A DNA stretch of 50,395 nt from Pseudobdellovibrionaceae bacterium (GCA_044359815.1 JBIKLL010000013.1:1-50395), one strand, 5' to 3'. Shown: positions 19,005 to 28,908, counted from the first letter of the stretch. Program-made: numbers and translations. Notes: generated by a model not told the origin, from the letters alone.

Positions 19005-19658
19005 CTAAAACTTAATACCCAAATGGATTTTGAAATAGGCTCCTGTATAGTCCATTTCAGTCAATGTCACACTACCAGAAGAAATTTCTGAATCACTGGT
19101 GTCTTTGAAGGTTTTAGCCTTAACAGATGCAACACCAGTTTCAGCGCCAATGGCAAATAATCCCAGCTTAACACCGCCTTCCAAACCCGCCGTGTAACTG
19201 GAATTTGTCTTAGCCGTGTATTCGGTAGAAACTGACGCTACTTCCAGTTTCATTTTGCAAGTATCAGCAATCCCATAAGAAACTATGGGACCAAAATACA
19301 ACAATGTATTTATGAATCTGTAGTTCAACAACAAGGCAGTTCTGTTGTAAGTAAATACTGACTTAGCAACCTCGGGATATTCAACGCCTGCACCCAGTGA
19401 TTCATATCGCAAACCAAATCCCATGTTAAACAATGGGGGCGAAACAATGATGTCTGCGCCGCCACCAACAATTTTATCTGATTTGACTCCGCAACCAGCT
19501 GAACCGCAAGCAGGGAAGGCGTTTATAAATTCATTCACATTTGATGGGCTGCCAGAGTTAGTAGTCAACCCCAGCCTGATATCCAACAAAGCATTGGCTT
19601 GATAGCTGGCCAAAATCCCTGACCAAAAAACGAACTGCACTATTAAGATCCTTTTCAT
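19005..19658 (-). CDS. Outer-membrane beta-barrel protein
   Basis: GGAGG RBS, signal peptide, amphipathic strands, terminal Phe (HLGIKF). Confidence 0.75.
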   Translation of the reverse strand: MKRILIVQFVFWSGILASYQANALLDIRLGLTTNSGSPSNVNEFINAFPACGSAGCGVKSDKIVGGGADIIVSPPLFNMGFGLRYESLGAGVEYPEVAKSVFTYNRTALLLNYRFINTLLYFGPIVSYGIADTCKMKLEVASVSTEYTAKTNSSYTAGLEGGVKLGLFAIGAETGVASVKAKTFKDTSDSEISSGSVTLTEMDYTGAYFKIHLGIKF

Positions 19659-19834
19659 TTAATACCTCCTAGTGGTATTGAATTTCCTTGTTCGCCGTAC
19701 CTAATATTGTCGCAGCTGTTATGCAAAACACAAAAATCTATTAAGTCCGTGTTCTAAAATTCTACGAGCTTAAAATGCATCAGAACAGTATTGTTGTTGC
19801 ATTCTAGCCTCAGAACAAATGTCCAGGAATTGAT

Positions 19835-20698
19835 TTATCTGACTGAAGGTCCTACCCTAAGTTGGTTTATAATCTGTCGAGCCTCAGACTTAAGATCAGG
19901 ATCAATCTTGCGCCAGTCTTGTTCAGTGACTGCCGCCATCAATGCAACCAGGGCGTTTAGATTGATTCGATTGGGATACCGCTCAACCCAACGATAAAAC
20001 ACTTTCTCCCAGCCGATGTTTTTTAATTGTTCTACTGTGTTTAATCCCAAGGATCTAAGCTCAGCCCCACACACAGGCCCCAAGTTTCTAGCCAGTTCTA
20101 TTGGAGTCTGACCCAATTGAAAATTCTGATTTATTTTTCCGGTCAGCTTCAAGTACTTCATTAGCTTGATTTGATTTTCGGAATCTCTGATCAATTCATT
20201 CAATCTTGCATTCTTGTTCTGATCGTTTCTGGGCGCCATCACCCATCTGATAGCAAAATCTTTGTATCCTTTATTTTGGGATTGAAAATACTCCCACGCA
20301 GTTAAGTTGCTTTGAAAAATTTTTGCCAGAGACTCACTCAGTGCTGCAGGTTTTTCATTTAAATCGTTTTTGTTACGTTCAAGGTACATTTGCCGGCCAT
20401 AGGCTGAAACCTGTTTTTTTCTGAGACACTGCTTGTATATTCTGACCGTGGTTTCGCTCCATTGACTGTTTGATTTTCTGCGCACATATCTGCATTTATA
20501 AAAATTTGCATCCATCCGTTTTATCAAAACAAATGTCCAACCAAAACAGATTGATAGCCTAAGAGCCGCCTGAGTGGTAAACCCGGTCTTGTTGCCTTTT
20601 TTAAAATGTATCCAAAGCTCAGTTTGCTTCTGGGCATTTTTTTGAAACCATTTTTTTAGATCTGATTCTGATTTAAAAGCTTTCGGCCTAGAAGACAT
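19835..20698 (-). CDS. YdeI/OmpD-associated protein fused to a C-terminal TfoX_C-like (HhH) domain
   Basis: WFQKN...ELWI...CFGW...SQWS...AWEYF...IRWV followed by NLGPVCGAELRSLGLNTVEQLKNIG. Confidence 0.75.
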   Translation of the reverse strand: MSSRPKAFKSESDLKKWFQKNAQKQTELWIHFKKGNKTGFTTQAALRLSICFGWTFVLIKRMDANFYKCRYVRRKSNSQWSETTVRIYKQCLRKKQVSAYGRQMYLERNKNDLNEKPAALSESLAKIFQSNLTAWEYFQSQNKGYKDFAIRWVMAPRNDQNKNARLNELIRDSENQIKLMKYLKLTGKINQNFQLGQTPIELARNLGPVCGAELRSLGLNTVEQLKNIGWEKVFYRWVERYPNRINLNALVALMAAVTEQDWRKIDPDLKSEARQIINQLRVGPSVR

Positions 20699-21497
20699 AT
20701 TTTAATGACAGAAGGCCTGTCTGCAATGAACCCTTGCTCCAAGTGTCTTCACTGTTAGCAGAGCCAAAAGTAACTTTAAAAGAAGTCGTGGTGATTTTAA
20801 AAATCCCTTCGACCGTCAGGTTATTGGTAAAATAATATCCCAAACCACCTGCATATCCTAGTCCACCAGATGGCGATATCCCAGAAGGTGTTCCATTGGG
20901 GTAAGCACTCATCGAAGCTTTTACCATCAATGCATAATTGATTCCGCCAAACACATAAAAAGCCGTGGCATTTCGCCAAGCCCCATTCAAATTAAGTGTG
21001 GTAGTGGCAATTGATGCCGACAACAGATCAGATGTGTAAGTTGTTGAAGATCCAGCATCGCCAACCTTGGTACTGGAAAAAGCTCTGCTGCTGATGTCGT
21101 AAGAAATTCCACCAATAAATCCAATCCGACTGCGCGGCAAAAACCTGCCGTCAATTTCCAGTGTGGGAACACTGCCAACTGAAACGATAGCTGACTGCCC
21201 CGTCCTGGTGCCGGCATTGAACGAAATAGATCCATTGAAAGAGTAACTGTTAATCAGCGAATACCCTATACCCGCCCCAAACCGAAATCGTGCTTCACTG
21301 CGAACGCGTCTGACTGCAGGCTGCTGAGGATTGTTGGGATCAGTAACTGCAGGCTTTGCAGCTCCGGGCTTGGTGGGTCTCTGGGTTTTGGGACTAACAC
21401 TCTGAGAATTAGAATCACTCAAGGGAACATTCTGTGCAAACACTAGGTCGCTGCTGCTGATCAAAAATATAAAAGCCAAAAAATAAGGTTTTATCAT
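20688..21497 (-). CDS. Outer-membrane beta-barrel protein (OmpA/OmpW-like)
   Basis: Signal peptide, Pro-rich linker, GLGYYFTNNLTVE, terminal YVF; start codon uncertain. Confidence 0.78.
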   Translation of the reverse strand: MIKPYFLAFIFLISSSDLVFAQNVPLSDSNSQSVSPKTQRPTKPGAAKPAVTDPNNPQQPAVRRVRSEARFRFGAGIGYSLINSYSFNGSISFNAGTRTGQSAIVSVGSVPTLEIDGRFLPRSRIGFIGGISYDISSRAFSSTKVGDAGSSTTYTSDLLSASIATTTLNLNGAWRNATAFYVFGGINYALMVKASMSAYPNGTPSGISPSGGLGYAGGLGYYFTNNLTVEGIFKITTTSFKVTFGSANSEDTWSKGSLQTGLLSLKYVF

Positions 21498-21629
21498 GCT
21501 TGAGTTCTCTCTGTTTGATGCCCACTCATCCAGGCTCTTGTTTAAGGATATAAACTGCATTGCGACAGTCAACAAAAGCTAGACCTAGACCACAGATTTA
21601 AAACACAAACTGGTCGTATAATTTAAATA

Positions 21630-21980
21630 TTATTTTTCCTTTAGAGCGCTCTGAACTTTATCGTTTAATTTATCAAGGGATTCAGCCATCGTTTTGGTGA
21701 ATTTCTTCCATCTTTGCTTGGAGTCCTGTTGAAGTTCATTAATATCAGCTCTTAATTTATCTTTTGTAACAGTCAATTCGTGCAATGTTTTTTGCTGAGC
21801 TTCGTTGCCAGTGGATTTAATTTTTACGGTCAAGTCTTTGATCTGCGATTCAACATTTTCTAATTTTAATGCCAGTTCAGATTTTGCATCCTGAAAATCT
21901 TTTTTGGCTCCTTTGACGGTCTCAGAGGCAATTCCAAACATTGAGCCCATAAACATAATGACTAAAATATACTTCATCAT
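21630..21980 (-). CDS. Small secreted coiled-coil protein
   Basis: AAGGAG RBS, signal-like N-terminus, heptad-rich helices. Confidence 0.75.
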   Translation of the reverse strand: MMKYILVIMFMGSMFGIASETVKGAKKDFQDAKSELALKLENVESQIKDLTVKIKSTGNEAQQKTLHELTVTKDKLRADINELQQDSKQRWKKFTKTMAESLDKLNDKVQSALKEK

Positions 21981-21988
21981 TTCTCCTT

Positions 21989-22024
21989 CTTAGTTACTGA
22001 CTTAGTTACTGACTTAGTTACCGA
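21989..22024. repeat. Three tandem 12-bp repeats, CTTAGTTACTGA
   Basis: Two exact copies plus CTTAGTTACCGA, abutting the RBS of 21630..21980. Confidence 0.9.
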
Positions 22025-22124
22025 AATTTTCCAAATGCCAACCGACCATTAGTCAGACGCACAGACTGTCTTGTTGCAGAATTTCATATTAGATAGTCCA
22101 ATGTCAGGAAAGGATAAAATCATC

Positions 22125-22940
22125 ATGAGCAAAATTTTACCTGCTTTTTACCTGAGTCATGGCGGTGGCCCCTGGAATCATATGTCAGGCACTTGGCGAG
22201 CAATGCACCAAAGCCTTGAAGCTTCGTTAAAATCGTTACCCAAATTTTTAACTGCGACTCCTGATTGCATAGTTATGATTTCTGCCCATTGGGAGGAATC
22301 CAATTTTACTATTATGACCGCTCAGAATCCAAAAATGCTGTATGATTATTCTGGTTTTCCACCTGAAACTTATTCGATTAGTTACCCAGCACCCGGAGGA
22401 ACAATAATTTTGGATCAGGTTACTGAACTGTTAAAAAAATCCAAAATTCCATTTTCGTTTAATGACCAGAGGGGTTTTGACCATGGTACGTTTGTGCCTT
22501 TGCAGGTGGCTTTTCCAGAAGCTTAAATTCCGGTTTTGCAAATTTCAATGAAATCAAATTATGATCCCATCGATCATATTAAACTGGGTAAATGCCTTAA
22601 AGATTTGCGTTCAGAAAATAGACTGATCATTGGCAGTGGCAGTAGCTTTCACAATTTGTCTGTTTTAGGTCCACGACGAACACCGAATGATAAAAGCAAA
22701 TCCAAAGAGTTTGATGATTGGCTGACTGCTGCATTGACACAGTCGGTATCCGACCAAAGATCGCTACAATTGCAAAATTGGCAATCAGCCCCCCAAAGTC
22801 AGTTTGCTCACCCGCGCGAAGACCATCTGGTGCCCTTGTTTGTGGTGGCCGGAGCCGCCCTTGATGAAAAATGTGAACGGATTTACAATGATGATAATTT
22901 TTTAGGTGGTTTTTACGGATCAAGCTACAAATTTGGGTGA
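22125..22940 (+). pseudogene. DODA/LigB-type (YgiD-like) extradiol dioxygenase interrupted by an in-frame TAA at 22524..22526
   Basis: YLSHGGGP, SAHWE, YDYSGFP, RGFDHG, PEA*IPVLQIS, IIGSGSSFHN, AHPREDHL; both halves are in the same frame. Confidence 0.85.
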
Positions 22941-22946
22941 ATCAAA

Positions 22947-23132
22947 GTGATTTTCATATTGCACATGGTGCAGTTTGCAGAAGATTTTGCCAAAAAAAAG
23001 GGGATCAAAAAAATTGAACTGTGTGCACGCGAGTCAGCGTTTAAATTTTATGAAAAACTGGGTTACAGTTTTGACAGTGATTTTTTTATCGAAGTCTGTC
23101 TAAAATACAAAATGATGAGTAAAATTTTATGA
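22947..23132 (+). pseudogene. C-terminal remnant of a GNAT (YjcF/ElaA-like) acetyltransferase
   Basis: AKKKGIKKIELCARESAFKFYEKLGY; the N-terminal half and acetyl-CoA motif A are missing. Confidence 0.65.
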
Positions 23133-23545
23133 GCAAAGATCCTCGCCAGTATATTTCGCACTTTCAATCGTTGGACAAAATGGGTTCATTGATTGGTCAC
23201 AGAATAATATCGATTAGCGACACCGAATGCCTGAGTGAATATCAGGCCACGGAAAATCACTATAACCCAGGCGGGATCTTGCATGGCGGGGCTTTGTTTG
23301 CAGCCATGGATAGCTCGCAGGGGGCGTTAGTTCATTATGCTCTGGACGAGAAATTTAAATACGCTGTCACAGGCACTGCCACCGTTAAATATCTGGCACC
23401 GGTTAAAACTGAAAAGGTTTTAATAAAATCTTGGTTTCATAGCATTCAAGACAGAAAACTATTTGTGTATTCAGTTGCCAGCACCCCAAATGGAATTGAG
23501 GTTGCTAAGCTTGAAGAAATTTGGATCGCCGCTATTAAAAACTGA
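23129..23545 (+). CDS. PaaI-family hotdog thioesterase
   Basis: NPGGILHGGALFAAMDS, VKYLAP. Confidence 0.9.
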   Translation: MSKDPRQYISHFQSLDKMGSLIGHRIISISDTECLSEYQATENHYNPGGILHGGALFAAMDSSQGALVHYALDEKFKYAVTGTATVKYLAPVKTEKVLIKSWFHSIQDRKLFVYSVASTPNGIEVAKLEEIWIAAIKN

Positions 23546-25058
23546 CTTGTGATGGCCTTAATTCATTCATAACTTTGCCAAACTTAGCATCGTATTGCAG
23601 CAGTTCATCAGCATATACCAATTTGTTTTCAATGGCTTCTCTGCGAATCTGTTTTTTGAAATCGATGATTCCCTGCGGATCTGGCCCTTTGATTGGTTCG
23701 GCGTATTTTTTAAAAAACAATTTTCTAAGATCCTGTGATTCCAATATTGCCATGGCCATATCCAGTTTTCTGTACAATCCATAGTACTGTATACGTTTAA
23801 CCAAACCTGATTCCTTGGAGGTCATTTTTTTCTTTAAAAATTCCTTGAATGGTTCACTGGATTTCATCAGATCAATGGCATATTCGCTTTTGCGACCAGC
23901 TTTTGTGTCGTTAACGATGTCTTTTAATGTGTAAAAGGTCAAACCGATCATTCTTTTGTCGGTCAATATTCCGTTCAGCTTCATGTTAAATTCCATAGGA
24001 TTTTTAGTTGTGCGCAAACTGCATTCAAGAACTCTGGAATTGCTGAGTTCGGCATCAGCCATGCTGATTAATGGCTGCAACATATTGCTTTGATAATCAA
24101 ATGCTACAGTCATGCCCGATATGTTTTCGTTTTTATTTGCCTTAACTTGTTGTATCCAACTGCTAATACTCTGAGCCAGTTCGTCGTCAGTATCCAGTGG
24201 CATCAATAACATCACCATGGCATCTTGATAGCTTTTGGCCTGACTGAGACGGAATTTTTTCTGCAATGGATTTCCGAAATTTTTGCTTTGCTTTCTTTGC
24301 AATCTGAGCATGCGGGCTACGTTGTGGATCTGAGAAGGCAGATTGTATTCACTTTTTGAAAACACTCCAGGTGCTGTGCCTGTCCAGCCATAGATTCTGG
24401 CATTGGGAAATGTCTTTGAAAATCTGGTCGTGTAAGGTGTGTCTTGATCTAGCAAAGCTGCAAACTCTTGTTCGATTTCGAAAGCACCTTGGGGCAAATG
24501 ATCTGCCTGTCTGACGTTAAAAACTCGGTTACTATGAAAATCCGTTAGATTAAGATTACTTTGATTAGCAGCCAGGAGCTCATCCGGTGCACCCAATGTT
24601 CTGCAACCTTGCAACCACAGTGAATTGACATTACTAAAAAACTGCTTTTGTTTGTTGTCACAAGAAACTCTTTCCATAAAATCTATGGATAGTGTTTTAT
24701 CTGATCTGATCCCAGCAAAAGATCCCGTATGATGGCCAGATATAATCAATCCATGGCATTTAACATCTTGCTTGCTGAGATCATCGATGACTTTCTGAGG
24801 ATCATCGCCTTTATCAATGTATTCGTGGACTTCAATTATGTCTAATCCAGTTCGGGTTTGAACTTTGGTAACAAAATCCTTCAACACATGAAATTCTTTA
24901 TCGTGATTTAGCGATATAAAACAAATGTTTAATTTTGTACCCTTTTTCAGTTGAGTCACTGAGCTGGCCGTGGCCAATAAAAATTGCGCCTTGGCCGAAA
25001 AATTAATCAGAAACAAAACTAACAAAACATATGTTGATAAAAGCAATTTACTGGTCAC
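23535..25058 (-). CDS. Secreted hypothetical protein with possible His/Cys (clan CD-like) dyad
   Basis: Signal peptide ending AKA; LIISGHH and LWLQGCRT motifs; helical C-half. Confidence 0.7.
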   Translation of the reverse strand: MTSKLLLSTYVLLVLFLINFSAKAQFLLATASSVTQLKKGTKLNICFISLNHDKEFHVLKDFVTKVQTRTGLDIIEVHEYIDKGDDPQKVIDDLSKQDVKCHGLIISGHHTGSFAGIRSDKTLSIDFMERVSCDNKQKQFFSNVNSLWLQGCRTLGAPDELLAANQSNLNLTDFHSNRVFNVRQADHLPQGAFEIEQEFAALLDQDTPYTTRFSKTFPNARIYGWTGTAPGVFSKSEYNLPSQIHNVARMLRLQRKQSKNFGNPLQKKFRLSQAKSYQDAMVMLLMPLDTDDELAQSISSWIQQVKANKNENISGMTVAFDYQSNMLQPLISMADAELSNSRVLECSLRTTKNPMEFNMKLNGILTDKRMIGLTFYTLKDIVNDTKAGRKSEYAIDLMKSSEPFKEFLKKKMTSKESGLVKRIQYYGLYRKLDMAMAILESQDLRKLFFKKYAEPIKGPDPQGIIDFKKQIRREAIENKLVYADELLQYDAKFGKVMNELRPSQVSF

Positions 25059-25180
25059 AATAACCCCGCCTTTTGAAAAACATAAAAGACTACAAGCTTG
25101 ATGCCATCTTTAGGAATGCATGTAATGGGTCCTCAGTTTTGGAATGCGGTAAGCTTTACAGTCAGTGCCGAATTAGGGAA

Positions 25181-26065
25181 TTAAATCTGACAATCGATTT
25201 TGTGAGTTTTTTTGCATTTGAAATTAATAGGAAAGGATTTTTCACCATTTTGCAGATTGGTGGGACACTGAAAGCCCCCTTCCCAACTGGCTAAACACAT
25301 CTGATCACTGATCACCAGATTGCTGCATTTTAAATTATTAGGGATTTGTAATTCTAACGACCGCCAAAACTGGGGATCAATAGCACAAGTTTTATCAGCA
25401 GATCGATTCAATAAGCATTTTAAAAATTTAGGGCAGTATTTATTAAAGCCCTGACTGATTGCTTTCGCGATCTGAGTTTTGGCAACATCCGGCTGAGCTC
25501 CTAACGGATGATCGCCAGGGCACAGCTTGTCGACATCAAAATTAAAATGACCCATAAAAAAAGGTGCGTTTCTGGCAAAGCCTTCTGCGCCGTCTGGGGT
25601 TTTAACCTTGTACCAAGTACCCGAACTGATTTTATTCACAATATCAATATTAGTAGTGGTCAAATCCTGAATGTCAGTCGAGGCCAAATCAATCAGTTTG
25701 TCTTTGTGGCAGCCTTTATAAAATCCATCGCCTTCAAAAAAAACCAGCTTTACAATGTCACCTTCTTTTAATCCTAGCTCTGCATCGGATGGCATTAGTT
25801 TTGTGATTTTTCCTTTTCCAAAACCCAATAGCACTGTGTAGGGATCAACGCTTTCCAGTTTTTGACAACGCTCCAAGGTGGCCAGTTTTTTAGATTTCAG
25901 GCTGGCTATCTGGTGTAAATCAATTTCTTGAATGACTTTGTCATACGACAACTGTCCACAAGATTCGCCCTGACAGCCTTTAATCATTGCCGGAAATTTT
26001 TTAAAATCCTGACAGTTAATTTCCTGAGCTTGCAGTAAGTACGTAAACAGTAATAACGAAATCAT
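25181..26065 (-). CDS. Secreted Cys-rich hypothetical protein with SH3-like segment
   Basis: Short signal peptide; WYKVKTPDGAEGFA; start overlaps the M23 stop (ATGA). Confidence 0.7.
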   Translation of the reverse strand: MISLLLFTYLLQAQEINCQDFKKFPAMIKGCQGESCGQLSYDKVIQEIDLHQIASLKSKKLATLERCQKLESVDPYTVLLGFGKGKITKLMPSDAELGLKEGDIVKLVFFEGDGFYKGCHKDKLIDLASTDIQDLTTTNIDIVNKISSGTWYKVKTPDGAEGFARNAPFFMGHFNFDVDKLCPGDHPLGAQPDVAKTQIAKAISQGFNKYCPKFLKCLLNRSADKTCAIDPQFWRSLELQIPNNLKCSNLVISDQMCLASWEGGFQCPTNLQNGEKSFPINFKCKKTHKIDCQI

Positions 26066-27345
26066 AGTGATGGATTTACCGTGTTAGCTTCAGCTGGTGC
26101 TACTGCCCATTGTGCCCATTCTGGCAATTGGCTCAGCTGAACCTTGGCTTGATCTTGAAAGGCGCTCAGATACTGCTGTGGGACCGGATCTGCCGATGGA
26201 AACTTTTTTCCCAATGGATCGACGTATCTGCCACCTTGATAAAACTCAAAATGTAAATGGGGACCAGTCGACAATCCCGTTGTGCCGACGAAACCGATAA
26301 CCTGTCCCTGCTGAACCTTGGCTCCGTTTCTGATGCCTTTTGCAAATCCATTTAAATGTTTGTATGCAGTTTCGTAAGTGCCGTTGTGTCTTATCCTGAC
26401 CACATTACCAGCACCCATGCCCCATCCAGCCTTGGTCACTGTGCCATCACCCACTGCCATTACAGGAGTTCCAATAGGAGCACCGTAATCTACACCTAAA
26501 TGAGGTCTGCTTTGCATCAGTATGGGGTGAAACCTTTTAAGCGAAAACCCCGAGGTAATGCGGCCAAATCTGATGGGACTTTTAAGAAACATTTTTCTGA
26601 GGCTAGCACCAGCTGGTGTGAAATAACCTAATTCTTGATTGTCGACTTTAAACAAAACAGCTTGATGGACTTCACCGGCATTGATGTATTCGGCAGCCAG
26701 GATATCCCCCCATCCCACAAACTCACCTTTTACAGTTTTTTGCTCGACAGTGATGCGCCATTTGTCGTTTTCTCGGACTTCTCTGGCAAAATCAATTTCC
26801 CAACCAAAAATATCAGTTAGCTCAGCGATCAAGGACGTTTCCATTTGTGATTTCCGTGCAGAATCCCACAGGCTGGTCGTGACGTTACCAGAAAATTTCA
26901 CGACCCTGATGTCGACTTTTTCGGTTATTTTTTCTGCATTCCATTGATCATTGATTTTGTTTATAACCAGAAAATCTATAGCTGAAAATCTGAACTTGAT
27001 TGCAGTCAGTTCGTTTTGATTAAACACTGCTTGAAACTTGATACCAGGTCTGAGCTTGGCCAGATTCTGAATTGGTTTAGCCGCATCGACCAGTTGTTTC
27101 ACAACACTGGGTGGAACCCCAATCTCATCCAAAGCTTGGCCCAAACTGGAGTTTGGCAGAATTTCGTTAGGATAAATATCTTGCAACGAAACCACTGGTG
27201 GTTTTTGAGCGGCTTCAATTTGGCTTTCCAATATCCCTTGGTCTCTTTCAGTATAAAACAAATGCACTAATACTGAAACCAAACTGATAGCTATGGTTGC
27301 CAAAATAGCAGGCAACATCCATTTAGAAATGTGTTTTTTCTTCAT
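26062..27345 (-). CDS. M23 peptidoglycan DD-endopeptidase (MepM/OapA-like)
   Basis: N-terminal TM; RFHPIL, HLGVDY (HxxxD), YKHL, STGPHLHFE. Confidence 0.95.
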   Translation of the reverse strand: MKKKHISKWMLPAILATIAISLVSVLVHLFYTERDQGILESQIEAAQKPPVVSLQDIYPNEILPNSSLGQALDEIGVPPSVVKQLVDAAKPIQNLAKLRPGIKFQAVFNQNELTAIKFRFSAIDFLVINKINDQWNAEKITEKVDIRVVKFSGNVTTSLWDSARKSQMETSLIAELTDIFGWEIDFAREVRENDKWRITVEQKTVKGEFVGWGDILAAEYINAGEVHQAVLFKVDNQELGYFTPAGASLRKMFLKSPIRFGRITSGFSLKRFHPILMQSRPHLGVDYGAPIGTPVMAVGDGTVTKAGWGMGAGNVVRIRHNGTYETAYKHLNGFAKGIRNGAKVQQGQVIGFVGTTGLSTGPHLHFEFYQGGRYVDPLGKKFPSADPVPQQYLSAFQDQAKVQLSQLPEWAQWAVAPAEANTVNPSL

Positions 27346-27433
27346 AATGTTATTGTATCTTACTTTGAAAAATTCATAACACAATTTAGCTGCTGAATAT
27401 AGACTTTAGTCAGGAAAAGTTTATGCTGAATTT

Positions 27434-27844
27434 ATGAACACAAATGATTTAGATATTAAAAATATTCTGCTCCATCACAAAAAAATTTGTGTCGTAGGCC
27501 TTAGTCCCAATGTCACAAAGCCCAGTCATCAAATACCTCTGTATTTAAAAAAAAATAATTATGAAATTGTCGGTGTGTACCCCGGCGAAACACAGATAGC
27601 AGAATTTAAAATATATAGTTCTTTAGCAGAGGTTCCATCCGAATTCAGAAAATTTATTAATGTTTTTCAAAGATCAGAAAAAATTCCTGCATTGGTAGAT
27701 GAGATTATAAAGCTAGGAGGCTGCGAGGTTCTGTGGCTGCAGCTGGGAATCGAAAATCAAATTGCAGAATCAAAAGCTCAAGATGCCGGGATCAAAGTCG
27801 TTTCAAATCGCTGCGCCCTGATTGAACACAAGAAATATAATTAA
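27434..27844 (+). CDS. CoA-binding protein (YccU-like)
   Basis: ICVVGLSP, INVFQRSE, LWLQLGI, NRC. Confidence 0.9.
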   Translation: MNTNDLDIKNILLHHKKICVVGLSPNVTKPSHQIPLYLKKNNYEIVGVYPGETQIAEFKIYSSLAEVPSEFRKFINVFQRSEKIPALVDEIIKLGGCEVLWLQLGIENQIAESKAQDAGIKVVSNRCALIEHKKYN

Positions 27845-27981
27845 TTAGTTTTATGATTCACTGGTAGTTTCAAATACTCAACAACAGTGGATCGAAGTGT
27901 CGAAAAGATACTGAGTTGTTGGCCCTGTGATTGCAGACACAAACAGATGGTGCACGAAAAATACAAATTATAGGGGGATAG

Positions 27982-28908
27982 ATGCGCTTAAAATATAAAC
28001 ATTTATATATGGCGTTTTTGATTTTTAGCTCGATGGGCATACGGCCCTTTGGCTTTTCAGAAACTGCGTTTGCCGATCCAGACAACCAATTAAAGTTGCC
28101 ACAAGCAGACGGTAATGGCGGAGGCCGCGGCGGTGGAAACCGCGGCGGCGGTGATCGCGGTGGCGGTGGAAACCGCGGCGGCGATGATCGAGGCGGCGGT
28201 GGAAACCGTGGCGGCGATGATCGAGGCGGCGGTGGAAACCGTGGCGGCGATGATCGCGGTGGCGGTGGAAACCGTGGCGGCGATGATCGCGGTGGCGGTG
28301 GAAACCGCGGCGGCGGCGGCCGAGGTGGTGATCACATTGATGACAATCGCCAAAGAGATCGCGACAAACATCGTGAAGAGCGACGTCGAGGTGGATATCA
28401 TGGTGGAAACGGTCGAGGCACTCCTGAACGTGGTCACTGGGACAGAGGGTATGAAAACAGAAAAAATTGGTGCGATTGCCGAGTCAGCCAATATGTTTGC
28501 GACCGCGGCAGTCACGGACACCACAAGTATCCGATTGATCCGAGGTATCCAAGACCGCATTATTTTTACTACAATCTGTATGCTGAAATCGAACGAGATG
28601 TTTATTCGCAAGAATCAATCTTCCTAGAACAATTCATCCCATACCTGGGCGAATACTGGGATTCAGAGTTATATGCGGTAAAAATCCGAGCCACAGATTA
28701 TTCCTATGACAATAGCAGTGTGATTTATGTTTATGTAAATGGTATTTACAAAGGATTCGTCAGACCATCCATACATGGGCTGGACCAAATCCTGCACATA
28801 CCAGGCATCAATCACATCACACGCAGACAATCCATTGAACTGCGGGTAGTCGGTGATCTTTATATCGATGAGGCCATAGTAACAGTCGAAGACGTCAGAT
28901 ATTATTAA
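27982..28908 (+). CDS. Secreted protein with Gly/Arg-rich repeats and C-terminal beta domain
   Basis: AGGGGG RBS; signal-like N-terminus ending AFA; (GGGNRGGDDRG)n. Confidence 0.8.
   Translation: MRLKYKHLYMAFLIFSSMGIRPFGFSETAFADPDNQLKLPQADGNGGGRGGGNRGGGDRGGGGNRGGDDRGGGGNRGGDDRGGGGNRGGDDRGGGGNRGGDDRGGGGNRGGGGRGGDHIDDNRQRDRDKHREERRRGGYHGGNGRGTPERGHWDRGYENRKNWCDCRVSQYVCDRGSHGHHKYPIDPRYPRPHYFYYNLYAEIERDVYSQESIFLEQFIPYLGEYWDSELYAVKIRATDYSYDNSSVIYVYVNGIYKGFVRPSIHGLDQILHIPGINHITRRQSIELRVVGDLYIDEAIVTVEDVRYY
28129..28326 (+). repeat. Six 33-bp tandem repeats encoding GGGNRGG(D/G)(D/G)RG
   Basis: Unit approximately ggcggtggaaaccgtggcggcgatgatcgcggt. Confidence 0.93.

Noticed and set aside
14416..22526. 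Stop-codon reassignment, suggested by in-frame TAA at 14428 and 22524
   Set aside because: TAA terminates many conserved genes here (ahpC, tatA, alkA). The 14428 case is explained by a TTG start or local mutation.
28129..28326. 33-bp repeats as a CRISPR array
   Set aside because: There are no spacers, the repeats are in-frame coding, and no cas genes are present.
28090..28627. Alternative-frame repetitive ORFs (AAVETVAAMI; AAATVSTA)
   Set aside because: They are by-products of the stop-free 33-bp repeat of the RGG gene.
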